From assembly GCA_943359395.1 (NCBI GenBank), contig CALRHH010000006.1:1-48368 (forward strand): a DNA stretch of 48,368 nucleotides, written 5' to 3'. The notes beneath the pieces are model-generated. The model was not told where the DNA came from. It ran no database searches and was given only the letters and a program-made list of their open reading frames with translations. Positions within the stretch are counted from its first letter, which is position 1. Each line of letters begins with the position of its first letter. This document shows positions 19,466-29,424 of this stretch, in pieces. The position numbers and the translations under genes are program-made. The DNA comes from Candidatus Nomurabacteria bacterium. Lineage in GTDB: Bacteria; Patescibacteriota; Minisyncoccia; Phycocordibacterales; UBA2100.

Positions 19466-19477
19466 CTCCGTTTCTCC

Positions 19478-19957
19478 TTACAGTGGATAGACGTCGGGGA
19501 ATCCGACAACTTCAACCTTGTTGAATCCAGCGAATTGTTCGAGCTTGACCGTCTTCCTGGACTCGAGCGTTAGGACGAAAAGCTTGTCATAGCCGAGATA
19601 GGCGGTCTGAATGAACGTGTCACCGTTGACGTGACAGAGCACGGAGCCGATATCGAGCACAGGAATGATTACCGTGGCCGATATTTTCTCCAGTGCAAGC
19701 TGGTCCTGAATCAGCGCTTGGTTGCTTTCCAGCTCATCGCGGGCAATCTGGCGACCCTTGAACGAGCCGATCTCACGTCCAAGTTTTCCGAATATATACG
19801 GAATATTTTCCTCCTTGAACCGCTGGTTGATCCGAGCGCCGCCACCCGTGCAGATGACGATAAAGTACTCCTGCGCGAGAGGGCGCAGCCACGCCAGAAC
19901 GTCTGGTCGAAGCTCTGCGAGATCGCCCGTGAGTTTGACGAGTGCAGTTTTCCTCAT
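19478..19957 (-). CDS. Truncated amino-acid-kinase (ArgB-like) domain protein
   Basis: LVKLTG, ICTGGGARIN, GREI, HVNGD and DKLFVLT resemble the N-lobe of acetylglutamate kinase; GGAGG SD. Confidence 0.6.
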   Translation of the reverse strand: MRKTALVKLTGDLAELRPDVLAWLRPLAQEYFIVICTGGGARINQRFKEENIPYIFGKLGREIGSFKGRQIARDELESNQALIQDQLALEKISATVIIPVLDIGSVLCHVNGDTFIQTAYLGYDKLFVLTLESRKTVKLEQFAGFNKVEVVGFPDVYPL

Positions 19958-20132
19958 TTTCTCCTCCTGTGAAAGAGCGCATCGCTAGATGCGCCTTTCG
20001 GTGACATCTAAACGAAGAATGACCTCGATTGAGGCCATTTTGGAAGGTTTGTGGGGAGATTACAAACACTCTAAACAGCCTCAAATAAAGCTGCTCGTCG
20101 AGGTGTATGTGTCGTTGGAGTCATGTCCTTAC

Positions 20133-20160
20133 ACCGTACCACACCTATTTTTGCTTGCAA
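20133..20160 (-). promoter_or_regulatory. Putative promoter for the AAK-GNAT operon
   Basis: TTGCAA-N16-TACGGT with an extended -10 TG. Confidence 0.4.
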
Positions 20161-20183
20161 ATCCCGTGTGGATAGCCTTAAAC

Positions 20184-20215
20184 AAAAAAAAACGGGCGCG
20201 CCTCTGGCGCGCCCG
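20184..20215 (-). terminator. Rho-independent terminator after hisG
   Basis: Perfect 10-bp stem CGGGCGCGCC/GGCGCGCCCG followed by T9. Confidence 0.9.
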
Positions 20216-20254
20216 CATCACGTTTCAGTATTCCGCCAGCCCAGACTAGTTACC

Positions 20255-21031
20255 TTAGGGAAGTTGACAGGAAACCTCGAGCCGCGCACAGAGAAGCTCG
20301 GCAAAGGTACGGCGTTCGCCACCATCCCACTTAAGTCGCGAAGCATTCGCTACAAGCACCGTAGAAGAGGTGCAAATTGTTGCGATTTCCCTGAGACCAT
20401 TGACCTTGAGGGTCGTTCCAGTCTCAACGAGCGTTACGCCATAACGGCAGAACCCCTGCTGCACAAGAGCTTCAGCGGATCCTCTCACTATATAGACCGG
20501 GAAATCCATACCGTGCTTTTGCAGAAAGGGCATCGTCTGTACCGGATGCTCCGTGGCAATTCGAGGAACGCCCTCTTTTTCTTCGTCGAAATCCAAAGCA
20601 GCGTCTCTGATTGTGTTCGCATCACCCTCCCTGCCAAAGAACACAATTCGTGTATCTCCGTTTGAGGATCGGCTGATATTCAGCTTGGCAAGAATCACAA
20701 GCTCACGCGCGAACCTCCAGGGGGTATTCTCGGCGACGAACGAATCGACTACTTCCGTTGTGGTGATACCAAAGTCTGCATTGCCTCTGGCAAGCATCAT
20801 CGGCACCAAATCACTGCGACACGAGATTGACCGGGTGAGCGGCGGGATTCCCGAAATCCTACTCTCGATTGAGCGTGGATGATCTTTTTCGATTGATACA
20901 CCTACGCTTTTAAACTTCTTCTCAATCGGGCGCTCAAGACCTTTCGTCGGCACAAGGATGCTATAGGTGACTGGTATATAGGTCACCACCGCCTGGGGCT
21001 TCAAATCAATCAGCATGGTAGTCCGTGTCAT
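20255..21031 (-). CDS. hisG: ATP phosphoribosyltransferase, short form (divergent)
   Basis: VPTKG, ADFGIT, RIATEHP, VRGSAE, LVETGTTLKVNGL and LVAN motifs; no C-terminal regulatory domain. Confidence 0.85.
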   Translation of the reverse strand: MTRTTMLIDLKPQAVVTYIPVTYSILVPTKGLERPIEKKFKSVGVSIEKDHPRSIESRISGIPPLTRSISCRSDLVPMMLARGNADFGITTTEVVDSFVAENTPWRFARELVILAKLNISRSSNGDTRIVFFGREGDANTIRDAALDFDEEKEGVPRIATEHPVQTMPFLQKHGMDFPVYIVRGSAEALVQQGFCRYGVTLVETGTTLKVNGLREIATICTSSTVLVANASRLKWDGGERRTFAELLCARLEVSCQLP

Positions 21032-21095
21032 GGCTTACTCCTGTTGGGTTGTGGAAATCTAGGCTATTTCTGTATTACTCAAAGATCACTCTGCG

Positions 21096-21124
21096 AAAAG
21101 ATAACCCCCTCGCGAGAGGGGGTT
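21096..21124 (-). terminator. Terminator/attenuator hairpin between yerC and hisG
   Basis: Minus strand AACCCCCTC-TCGC-GAGGGGGTT followed by ATCTTTTC. Confidence 0.75.
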
Positions 21125-21152
21125 GGTTTGAAATCTAGAAATGACTATCAAC

Positions 21153-21461
21153 TCAACTCTCTCCCGCTAGAGATGTTGGGAGATGGTGCATGTTGGCAAT
21201 AACGGAGCGATAGCCACCCTCTTTCCCGTTGAGCCACTTTGATACACGAGCGACTGTAGTCGAACTGAGGCCTGTCTTCTTCTCAATTATAGAATAGGGG
21301 ATTTTTTCCGAGAGCATCCTAGCTGCTTGAAAACGCTTGGAGAATTCTTCTATCTCCTCGGGTGTCAGTAAATCAATCAGAAAACGCTGCGCTTCACCTG
21401 CACTTTTTAGTGAAAGGATCGCCTCTATCAAATCCTTCTTTTGCGGCTTTTTCCAGTTCAT
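21153..21461 (-). CDS. YerC/YecD TrpR-like repressor (HisR candidate)
   Basis: FLIDLLTPEEIEEFSKR, TGLSSTTVARVSKWL and GGY motifs; lies upstream of hisG. Confidence 0.9.
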   Translation of the reverse strand: MNWKKPQKKDLIEAILSLKSAGEAQRFLIDLLTPEEIEEFSKRFQAARMLSEKIPYSIIEKKTGLSSTTVARVSKWLNGKEGGYRSVIANMHHLPTSLAGES

Positions 21462-21466
21462 CAATA

Positions 21467-21504
21467 CACTTTATCAGAGTGGAGTGGTTTAGTCAACTAA
21501 AGTA
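21467..21504. promoter_or_regulatory. Tandem HisR-like operators
   Basis: CACTTTATCAGAGTGGAGTG and TGGTTTAGTCAACTAAAGTA (core TTTAGT/ACTAAA) immediately upstream of yerC. Confidence 0.6.
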
Positions 21505-21531
21505 CTCTGTGGACAACCGAAGATCCCTCTC

Positions 21532-21915
21532 CTATCGCGATTCAAGTATCTTCAAAATCTTCTCAAGCTTCTCATCTTCGATGCGGGCGAGACGTACTTG
21601 CAAGTCTTCTATTTCCTTTTTCGCCTGGAGATTTGTCTCGAAATCGGCGTCCGCCTGTAGGCGGTCGCGGTCCGATTGCCTGTTCTGCGACATCATGATG
21701 AGAGTCGAGAGTAAAATTGCTTCGAGACTGACAATCATGGTGAGAAGTCCGTATGGAAATGCCTCTATGGGGAGAACTATCCACAACGTGAACCACACGA
21801 CGTGAATCCAGATGAAGGTCCATGAACCCACGAAAGCAGTCATTCCATCGGCAAGTTTGCTTCCGAGAGTCTTACTCTCCTCATGTTTCTGATGCCACGT
21901 CTTTCTTTTCTCCAT
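21532..21915 (-). CDS. DUF1003 membrane protein
   Basis: FVGSWTF, FPYGLLTMIVSLEAI and MSQNRQ motifs. Confidence 0.9.
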   Translation of the reverse strand: MEKRKTWHQKHEESKTLGSKLADGMTAFVGSWTFIWIHVVWFTLWIVLPIEAFPYGLLTMIVSLEAILLSTLIMMSQNRQSDRDRLQADADFETNLQAKKEIEDLQVRLARIEDEKLEKILKILESR

Positions 21916-21942
21916 ATGGCTTCAGTATACAGCCTCCCCAGG

Positions 21943-22890
21943 TTACTTGTTGACGCTGTGTCCACCAAACTGATTGCGCAGTGCCGAAACGACTTTGCCC
22001 GTAAATGTAGGGTTTTTCTCGGATTCCACGCGAAACTGGAAGGAGCCTTCGATTATTTTTGCTGGGATGTTCATCTCGTGCGCGGTCTTGGCAGTCCATT
22101 CACCTTCTCCTAGATGCCCAACCGTACCTGAAACTTCTTCCAAGTCTTCTCCGTACTGCTCAAATGCTCCCTTGAGCCAGCCGACGAGGCGCGACTCGAT
22201 GACGCTTCCGTGATTATAGATATCTGTGACGCGCGTGAGGTCGAGCTTGTATGGAGATTTTTTCAGTATCTCGAATCCTTCTCCGAGCGCCTGCATCATG
22301 CCGTACTCGATGCCGTTGTGCACCATCTTCACGAAGTGTCCCGCACCTGCACCCGTAAAGAATTGGTAACCATCTTTGAGTGCAAGGTCTCGAAAAAGCG
22401 ATTCGTGTGCCCGGAAGCTCGCCTCATCGCCTCCTATCATGAGGCATCCGCCGTTGCGTGCACCGTTTGGACCGCCGGAGAATCCCACATCAATAAACGT
22501 GATTCCGTGTTCTGTCAATTTGTTCGCTCGTACTTCAGCTTTTTTGAAATACGAATTTCCGCCGTCTATGACCACATCACCTTTTGACAGTAATTCGGTA
22601 AGCCCTCCTTTTCCAAAAAGTACTTCATCCACAGGACTTGGCGCATCTTCTGCTGCTCCCGGCAAGCGAGCCGGGACCATCACCCACACAAGCTTAGGTG
22701 CAGAGAGCCCGTCTACCAGTTCTTCGAGAGAGGCGCGGGTTTGGACACCCTCCGCGGCAAGAGCCCCCGTTGTTTCCGGACTCGGGTCGTAACCGCTCAC
22801 CTTCCATCCCTTCTCGCGGAGCTGCAGAGCGATACCAGCGCCCATTTTACCGAGACCCACAACGCCTATTTCCTTTTTTTCATTTGACAT
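21943..22890 (-). CDS. gnd: 6-phosphogluconate dehydrogenase (decarboxylating, short type)
   Basis: GLGKMG, IDGGNS, SGG, GAGHFVKMVHNGIEY and RNQFGGH motifs. Confidence 0.95.
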   Translation of the reverse strand: MSNEKKEIGVVGLGKMGAGIALQLREKGWKVSGYDPSPETTGALAAEGVQTRASLEELVDGLSAPKLVWVMVPARLPGAAEDAPSPVDEVLFGKGGLTELLSKGDVVIDGGNSYFKKAEVRANKLTEHGITFIDVGFSGGPNGARNGGCLMIGGDEASFRAHESLFRDLALKDGYQFFTGAGAGHFVKMVHNGIEYGMMQALGEGFEILKKSPYKLDLTRVTDIYNHGSVIESRLVGWLKGAFEQYGEDLEEVSGTVGHLGEGEWTAKTAHEMNIPAKIIEGSFQFRVESEKNPTFTGKVVSALRNQFGGHSVNK

Positions 22891-24322
22891 GACGTGCAAT
22901 ATCTAACACCTCTTTTGAATTTGGTTTGTAGTTCTCCAACGGTACCACGCCCTTTTGCCATGCGGCAAGGATGGGATCGGTGAATCTCCACATCTCCCGT
23001 ATCTCCTCGGTTCCGATAAAAAGAGTCTGGTCACCGCGGATGCAGTCGAGAAGGAGCTTAGCGTACTCTTCCACATACGGCACGTGCGCCGACTGCTCTC
23101 GAAGCATGTAGTGAAATTCCCTGCGTTCGGTTGCAAAAGTAAATCCGGTCTTTTTTGCCCAAAATTCAATGAGTATCTCCTCTCGCGGCTCCATGCGGAA
23201 TATGACCTCATTTTTGTGATGAGGGCCACTGGACGGGCAGAGACACGGCATCGGATGCCTGAAAGTGACCACAATCTCCTTGAGCGGCTCGCCCAGACGC
23301 TTCCCGCTTTCCATAACCATCGGCACACCACTCCACTTAGGATTGGACATAGTGGCGCGAACTTTGAAATATGTTTCCGTATCGGAGCTCGGCACTACTC
23401 CTTCGATATCACGGTATCCGTCGTACTGACCGCGGAACGTCGACTTTTTAATATCTTCATCCGAAAGAATATCGAGCGAACCCAAAATTTGTGCACGCCT
23501 TTTTTGTATCGCCGACGCCTCGAAGCTCTCCGGATGCTCCATCGTTATGAGCGCAAGCATTTGCAATAAGTGATTCTGCCCGACATCACGAAGAGCTCCC
23601 ACTCCGTCATAAAAAGGTCCCCGTTTCTCGACGCCAATACTTTCTAACACCTTGATATGGATGCTTTCGATAAGCTTGTTGCCCCACGGCAGCTCGAAGA
23701 GATTGTTGGAGAATCTGAAGGTCAGAATATTTTGCAACATCTCCTTGGCAAGGTAGTGATCGATTCGATAGATTTGTTCTTCCTTGAAGAGCCTCCCCAA
23801 AAGCTCATCTATCTGCTTGGCGGTAGCAGAATTCATACCAAATGGTTTCTCGACAATGACGTGCGTCCAGCCTTGGTCCGGCTCACAGGGGTCCGTGAGG
23901 CCCGAGCGGGAAAGCTCGCCGAGAATGAGTTCGTAGAATTCGGGCGCCACTGAGAGGTAAAAAAGTTTGTTTGAGCAGACACCCCACTCCCGGTCGCAGG
24001 CGTCAAAGGTTTTCTTCAATTCCGTGTAGCTCTCAACATCCCCAAAAGTCCCCCTTTGGAATTTGAACATTGCAAGAAACGGCGCAAGCTCGGCATCGGG
24101 AATCTCCCCTTTGGCATGCTCCTCCAGCACCTCTCTCACGTACGCTTGGAATTGCTCATCTGTCCAACCCCGACGCGAGAAGCCTACTACGCGGAACTGT
24201 CTGGGCAATTCGTTGTGTTTGTAGGAGTAGTAGAGTGCGGGTAAAACCTTCCGCCGCATCAAATCCCCTGTGGCACCGAATGCCGCAAATATTGTGGGGA
24301 TGTTGTTTGACGGAGTAACCAT
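22880..24322 (-). CDS. zwf: Glucose-6-phosphate 1-dehydrogenase
   Basis: GATGDL, EKPFG, RIDHYLAKE and DVGQNH motifs. Confidence 0.97.
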   Translation of the reverse strand: MVTPSNNIPTIFAAFGATGDLMRRKVLPALYYSYKHNELPRQFRVVGFSRRGWTDEQFQAYVREVLEEHAKGEIPDAELAPFLAMFKFQRGTFGDVESYTELKKTFDACDREWGVCSNKLFYLSVAPEFYELILGELSRSGLTDPCEPDQGWTHVIVEKPFGMNSATAKQIDELLGRLFKEEQIYRIDHYLAKEMLQNILTFRFSNNLFELPWGNKLIESIHIKVLESIGVEKRGPFYDGVGALRDVGQNHLLQMLALITMEHPESFEASAIQKRRAQILGSLDILSDEDIKKSTFRGQYDGYRDIEGVVPSSDTETYFKVRATMSNPKWSGVPMVMESGKRLGEPLKEIVVTFRHPMPCLCPSSGPHHKNEVIFRMEPREEILIEFWAKKTGFTFATERREFHYMLREQSAHVPYVEEYAKLLLDCIRGDQTLFIGTEEIREMWRFTDPILAAWQKGVVPLENYKPNSKEVLDIARHVK

Positions 24323-24334
24323 AAAGCGCGCTTA

Positions 24335-24985
24335 TTATACCGCATGAAAATCCCCTAAGACTTCCTTAAGCTTTCCCCGAAGAGACGCCGCTGTTGTGAA
24401 AAGAATGGCGGAGAAGCCGAGCTTCACAGCTGCCCCAATATTTATTTCTGAATCATCAACGAAAAGACACCTCTCGGGAGTCGTCTTTAACTGTGTGAGA
24501 ACGGCGTCATACATACGTACGTCTGGCTTTGAGGCTCCAACATCGTACGAATACACGCGCGTATCGAAAAGTCCGTGAAAATTAAACTTCTCTTCACAGT
24601 GATCTATCCACTCTTTGGCGTGGTTTGAAAGGATGGCAAGCTTGTAACCGAGCCTCCGAAGTTCTATAACAATGTCGCGCGTACCTTCGACTTCGACAAA
24701 ATTCTCGCGAATGTGCTCTTTGAGCCACGCACTGTCTCCTATTTGAGGGTACTTCGCGACGACGTCTTCAACGTAGTCGTTCTCGGAGACAGTCCCGTGG
24801 AAAAACTCCTTTATGAGCGGCGTGAGAAGCGGATGTTTCTCTCGTGCCCAGTCCATTTTGGGACCTGATATCTCGAGCTGGTGCTTTTCGCGCAGTGCGA
24901 TGCCCGTATCCTTAACGCCCGTGAGCAATACTTCCGAAAGATCGAAGATGATATGCTCTATTGCTCCTGACGGTTGCCTAAACAT
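24335..24985 (-). CDS. HAD-superfamily hydrolase (YihX-like)
   Basis: IIFDLSEVL, LSN, KPD and FVDD motifs. Confidence 0.85.
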   Translation of the reverse strand: MFRQPSGAIEHIIFDLSEVLLTGVKDTGIALREKHQLEISGPKMDWAREKHPLLTPLIKEFFHGTVSENDYVEDVVAKYPQIGDSAWLKEHIRENFVEVEGTRDIVIELRRLGYKLAILSNHAKEWIDHCEEKFNFHGLFDTRVYSYDVGASKPDVRMYDAVLTQLKTTPERCLFVDDSEINIGAAVKLGFSAILFTTAASLRGKLKEVLGDFHAV

Positions 24986-25610
24986 TCATCTTGTTGGGAT
25001 TCGCGGCGCGTATTGTTTTGCCAATGATATTTCCTCCGGTGTCGAACTCATAGCAGTACACTTCACCCGTTCCTATTTCAAGTTCCGCAATCTTGTCCTC
25101 TGAGATATTCTCCAGATGCTTCACAAGCGCTCGTAAGGAATTTCCGTGCGCGACCACGAGAAGATTTTTTCCCTCCAAAAGTAACGGCCTGATGTTTTTC
25201 TCATAATAGGGCACGACACGCCCATATACGTCTTTCAATGTCTCACCTTCAGGAATCGGGACATCCCACCCGCGGCGGAGTTTGTGGAATGCCTCGTCTC
25301 CAATCTCTTTTTGGACCTCCCATTTATTTTTTCCTGTATAGATGCCGTAGTGGCGCTCCTTGAGAGCTGGTTCTGTGACACTTTTCATATCGGGCTTATC
25401 CAACACACTACAAATCTGCATGAATGTTTCTTGCGCACGCTTCAAGTCCGATATGAAAGCACAGTCGATTGGGATGTCCTCGATAGCGTGCGCCGCGTGA
25501 CGCGCTTCGTTGACGCCCTGTTCGACAAGGCCGATGTCGACATGCCCCGTCCATTTACCGAGGAGGTTCCATTCTGATTTTCCGTGTCTGACCAAAATAA
25601 GGTATGCCAT
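24978..25610 (-). CDS. gpmA: 2,3-BPG-dependent phosphoglycerate mutase
   Basis: RHGKSEWN, ERHYG, RRGWD and AHGNSLRAL motifs. Confidence 0.93.
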   Translation of the reverse strand: MAYLILVRHGKSEWNLLGKWTGHVDIGLVEQGVNEARHAAHAIEDIPIDCAFISDLKRAQETFMQICSVLDKPDMKSVTEPALKERHYGIYTGKNKWEVQKEIGDEAFHKLRRGWDVPIPEGETLKDVYGRVVPYYEKNIRPLLLEGKNLLVVAHGNSLRALVKHLENISEDKIAELEIGTGEVYCYEFDTGGNIIGKTIRAANPNKMNV

Positions 25611-25628
25611 GCGGGGTATCTTATCGCT

Positions 25629-26180
25629 TTAAACATCAAACTCCTCGATCGTAGCGTTCCGGATATGGTCAACTTTGGTATCGTGAAAAAGTGCGTGCGA
25701 AAAACGCAGTATCCCCGCATGCGCGACAATCAGGATACGTTTATCTGAATATTTCGTCTTAATATCTGAAACAAATTTCTGCAATCTTTTTTTGACATCC
25801 TCGGCGGACTCTCCACCGTACGGCCGGTAGTCGTAATCCAGATGCCGATCTACGGATTTCAAATCGCCGGGTTCCGACTCTGTAAGGGCGTCAGCCTCAT
25901 CCCATGACTTACCCGATAGTGAACCGAAGTCGCGCTCTTTCAGCGCGTCGTGCAGAACGATGTGAGTAGCACCGCCATCGGCAATAATAGCAGCAGTTTC
26001 CGCCGCCCTCTTTAGCGGGGAGGAAAAAATAACGTCGAACGGTACACCCCTCAGACTCGCGGAAAGTTTTTGTGCCTGGCTCCTCCCTTCGTCGTTAAGC
26101 GGCTCGTCCACCCGCTGCCCCATGATAATTTTTGCGACATTTGAGTTTGTTTGCCCATGACGAACCATGAATATCTTCAT
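25629..26180 (-). CDS. Histidine phosphatase family protein
   Basis: RHGQT, SSPLKRA, ERDFG, GGES and VAHAG motifs. Confidence 0.92.
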   Translation of the reverse strand: MKIFMVRHGQTNSNVAKIIMGQRVDEPLNDEGRSQAQKLSASLRGVPFDVIFSSPLKRAAETAAIIADGGATHIVLHDALKERDFGSLSGKSWDEADALTESEPGDLKSVDRHLDYDYRPYGGESAEDVKKRLQKFVSDIKTKYSDKRILIVAHAGILRFSHALFHDTKVDHIRNATIEEFDV

Positions 26181-26186
26181 AGAGAC

Positions 26187-27521
<1,335 letters not shown>

Positions 27522-27564
27522 TTAAGTCGCAGTGCGCGACTGCCATTATCTCAGGGGGTAAATA

Positions 27565-28848
27565 TTACAGTTTTGAGCTTCCAACGGAGTCATCGGTAAC
27601 CGTAGCAACATCTGCTGGCACACTCTGAAGCTTGTCTTTGCGCATAAGCGGCAGCGCACCGAATCCCGCGGCACATACCGCGGCAAAGCCGCCGAGCGCG
27701 ATACTCCAGCGCGCCCCTCCATACTCACTTATCAATCCAATGAGCGGGGCTCCGACGAGCGTTGAGCCGAAGAGCGCCATCGTCCAGAGCGCCATCACGC
27801 GCCCGCGAATATATGAGGCGGACTCAAGCTGAACAATGGTGTTACCGACCGAAGAAAGGTTGATGGAAAAGAAGCCGACAAGCACCATGCCGATGACGGC
27901 GTACGAGAGCGTGGGCATCGTTGCAGTCACGCACATTGAGAGACCGAACAGAAGAGCGGACACGACGAACTCTGATGCCGTCACTTTCTGTCGTGTGGCC
28001 ATGAAGAGACCGCCCATCACCGAACCCACGCCCATGGCGGCGAGAAGCGCCGCGTAATCGGCAGCGCTGCCCGCAAATGTCTGCCTCGCAAAAATCGGCA
28101 GACTAACCTGGAATTCATACGAGAACGTCCCGATGACGGCCATCATAATCAGGATAAGTCGGATTGCAGGAACGGATGCTGCATACCGTAAGCCCGAAAG
28201 GATGTCGGAAGGTCCTTTTGATGTATGAGCGGCTTCTTTGTGAAATTCCTCGGGGCGTACGCGGGTAAGAAAAAATATGACGACAAGAAAAGAAAGTGTG
28301 TTGGCGAAGAAACAAAATGCGATACCGACGGTAGCTATCAGCACTCCGGCAAAAAGAGGTCCGAGAGCACGCGCTACGTTTGCTTCCGTCGAGCTGAGTG
28401 TGACCGCATTGCGCAACTGGACGGGACCGACCATCTCGTGCACAAAGGTCTGCCGCAAAGGTCTGTCCACTGCATCGACAACGCCGAACGCGATGGCTGC
28501 AGCGTAGAGCATCCAGACCTGAACAACGTCCGCAAAAACGAGTGCACTCACTCCGAGAGCGAGAAGTGCCGCCATCCATTGCGTGGTGTACAAGAGCGTG
28601 CGTTTATCCATACTGTCGATGAGATTTCCCGCAAAGGGGGCGCCGAAGAGGAGCGGAGCAAACCGCAAGGCGAGCATTGTCCCCAGCGCCGTTCCCGACC
28701 CGGTGACCTCAAGAACGAGCCACCCGAGAGCGACCGTCTGCATCCAATTCCCGACGTGTGAAAAGGCCTGACCGATAAAATAGAGACGATAATTTCGTAT
28801 CGAAAGAGACGAAAACATTTTTGAGCCTAATTCTTTAATTATTTCCAT
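27565..28848 (-). CDS. MFS transporter
   Basis: 12-TM pattern; RNYRLYFIGQ and RGRVMAL motifs. Confidence 0.93.
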   Translation of the reverse strand: MEIIKELGSKMFSSLSIRNYRLYFIGQAFSHVGNWMQTVALGWLVLEVTGSGTALGTMLALRFAPLLFGAPFAGNLIDSMDKRTLLYTTQWMAALLALGVSALVFADVVQVWMLYAAAIAFGVVDAVDRPLRQTFVHEMVGPVQLRNAVTLSSTEANVARALGPLFAGVLIATVGIAFCFFANTLSFLVVIFFLTRVRPEEFHKEAAHTSKGPSDILSGLRYAASVPAIRLILIMMAVIGTFSYEFQVSLPIFARQTFAGSAADYAALLAAMGVGSVMGGLFMATRQKVTASEFVVSALLFGLSMCVTATMPTLSYAVIGMVLVGFFSINLSSVGNTIVQLESASYIRGRVMALWTMALFGSTLVGAPLIGLISEYGGARWSIALGGFAAVCAAGFGALPLMRKDKLQSVPADVATVTDDSVGSSKL

Positions 28849-28896
28849 ACGTATATGTTCAGGAATTCCTGATTGTACTCTCCCCCTTCTAGACGG

Positions 28897-29178
28897 TTAC
28901 CCTTTGGGAGGGGCAACATCATCATCTTCGTCCACCTTCCCAATGATGCCGAGTATCCACTTCTCCAACTTTTCCAACGCCGTGTGAATTCTTGGGTACC
29001 GCACGGTGTGTACTATCGCCCATGCACGGAAACGGGGCGAAGAAATCGAAAGAAGAATGAGGCCGATACCAAGAAATAAAAATCCTTGGATAAAAGGGAG
29101 GGCGAGACCAAGAAGACCAAGTACGAGGAAGGCAAACGCCGCCACCACAACAAGAAACCGTTTAAACTCTTTGTTCAT
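28897..29178 (-). CDS. Small membrane protein (PGPGW/DUF454-like)
   Basis: GLLGLALPFIQGFLFLGIGL hairpin TM; start taken at MNKEFK. Confidence 0.7.
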   Translation of the reverse strand: MNKEFKRFLVVVAAFAFLVLGLLGLALPFIQGFLFLGIGLILLSISSPRFRAWAIVHTVRYPRIHTALEKLEKWILGIIGKVDEDDDVAPPKG

Positions 29179-29206
29179 ACAAGAGTTTACATCATAGCAG
29201 GGGCGA

Positions 29207-29365
29207 TTACCGCTCCTCTGCCTTGTAGATACACTTGATGCACTTAGTCTGGTTGGGACGCGTCTTGATGTATTTGTTGCCGCAAGCGCACACGGGCACA
29301 TGTGTCAAAAAAGGCTTTTCTACCCACTTTCCGTGTTTTTGAAAGGTTTTCGAAGGAAGATTCAT
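29207..29365 (-). CDS. Small zinc-finger-like protein
   Basis: CACG...CIKC; -10-like TATTGT 7 nt before the ATG. Confidence 0.65.
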   Translation of the reverse strand: MNLPSKTFQKHGKWVEKPFLTHVPVCACGNKYIKTRPNQTKCIKCIYKAEER

Positions 29366-29424
29366 AGCTGCAACAATAACACGTCTTGAGACAAAAATCA
29401 AATGACATGCTATACATATGCGGA

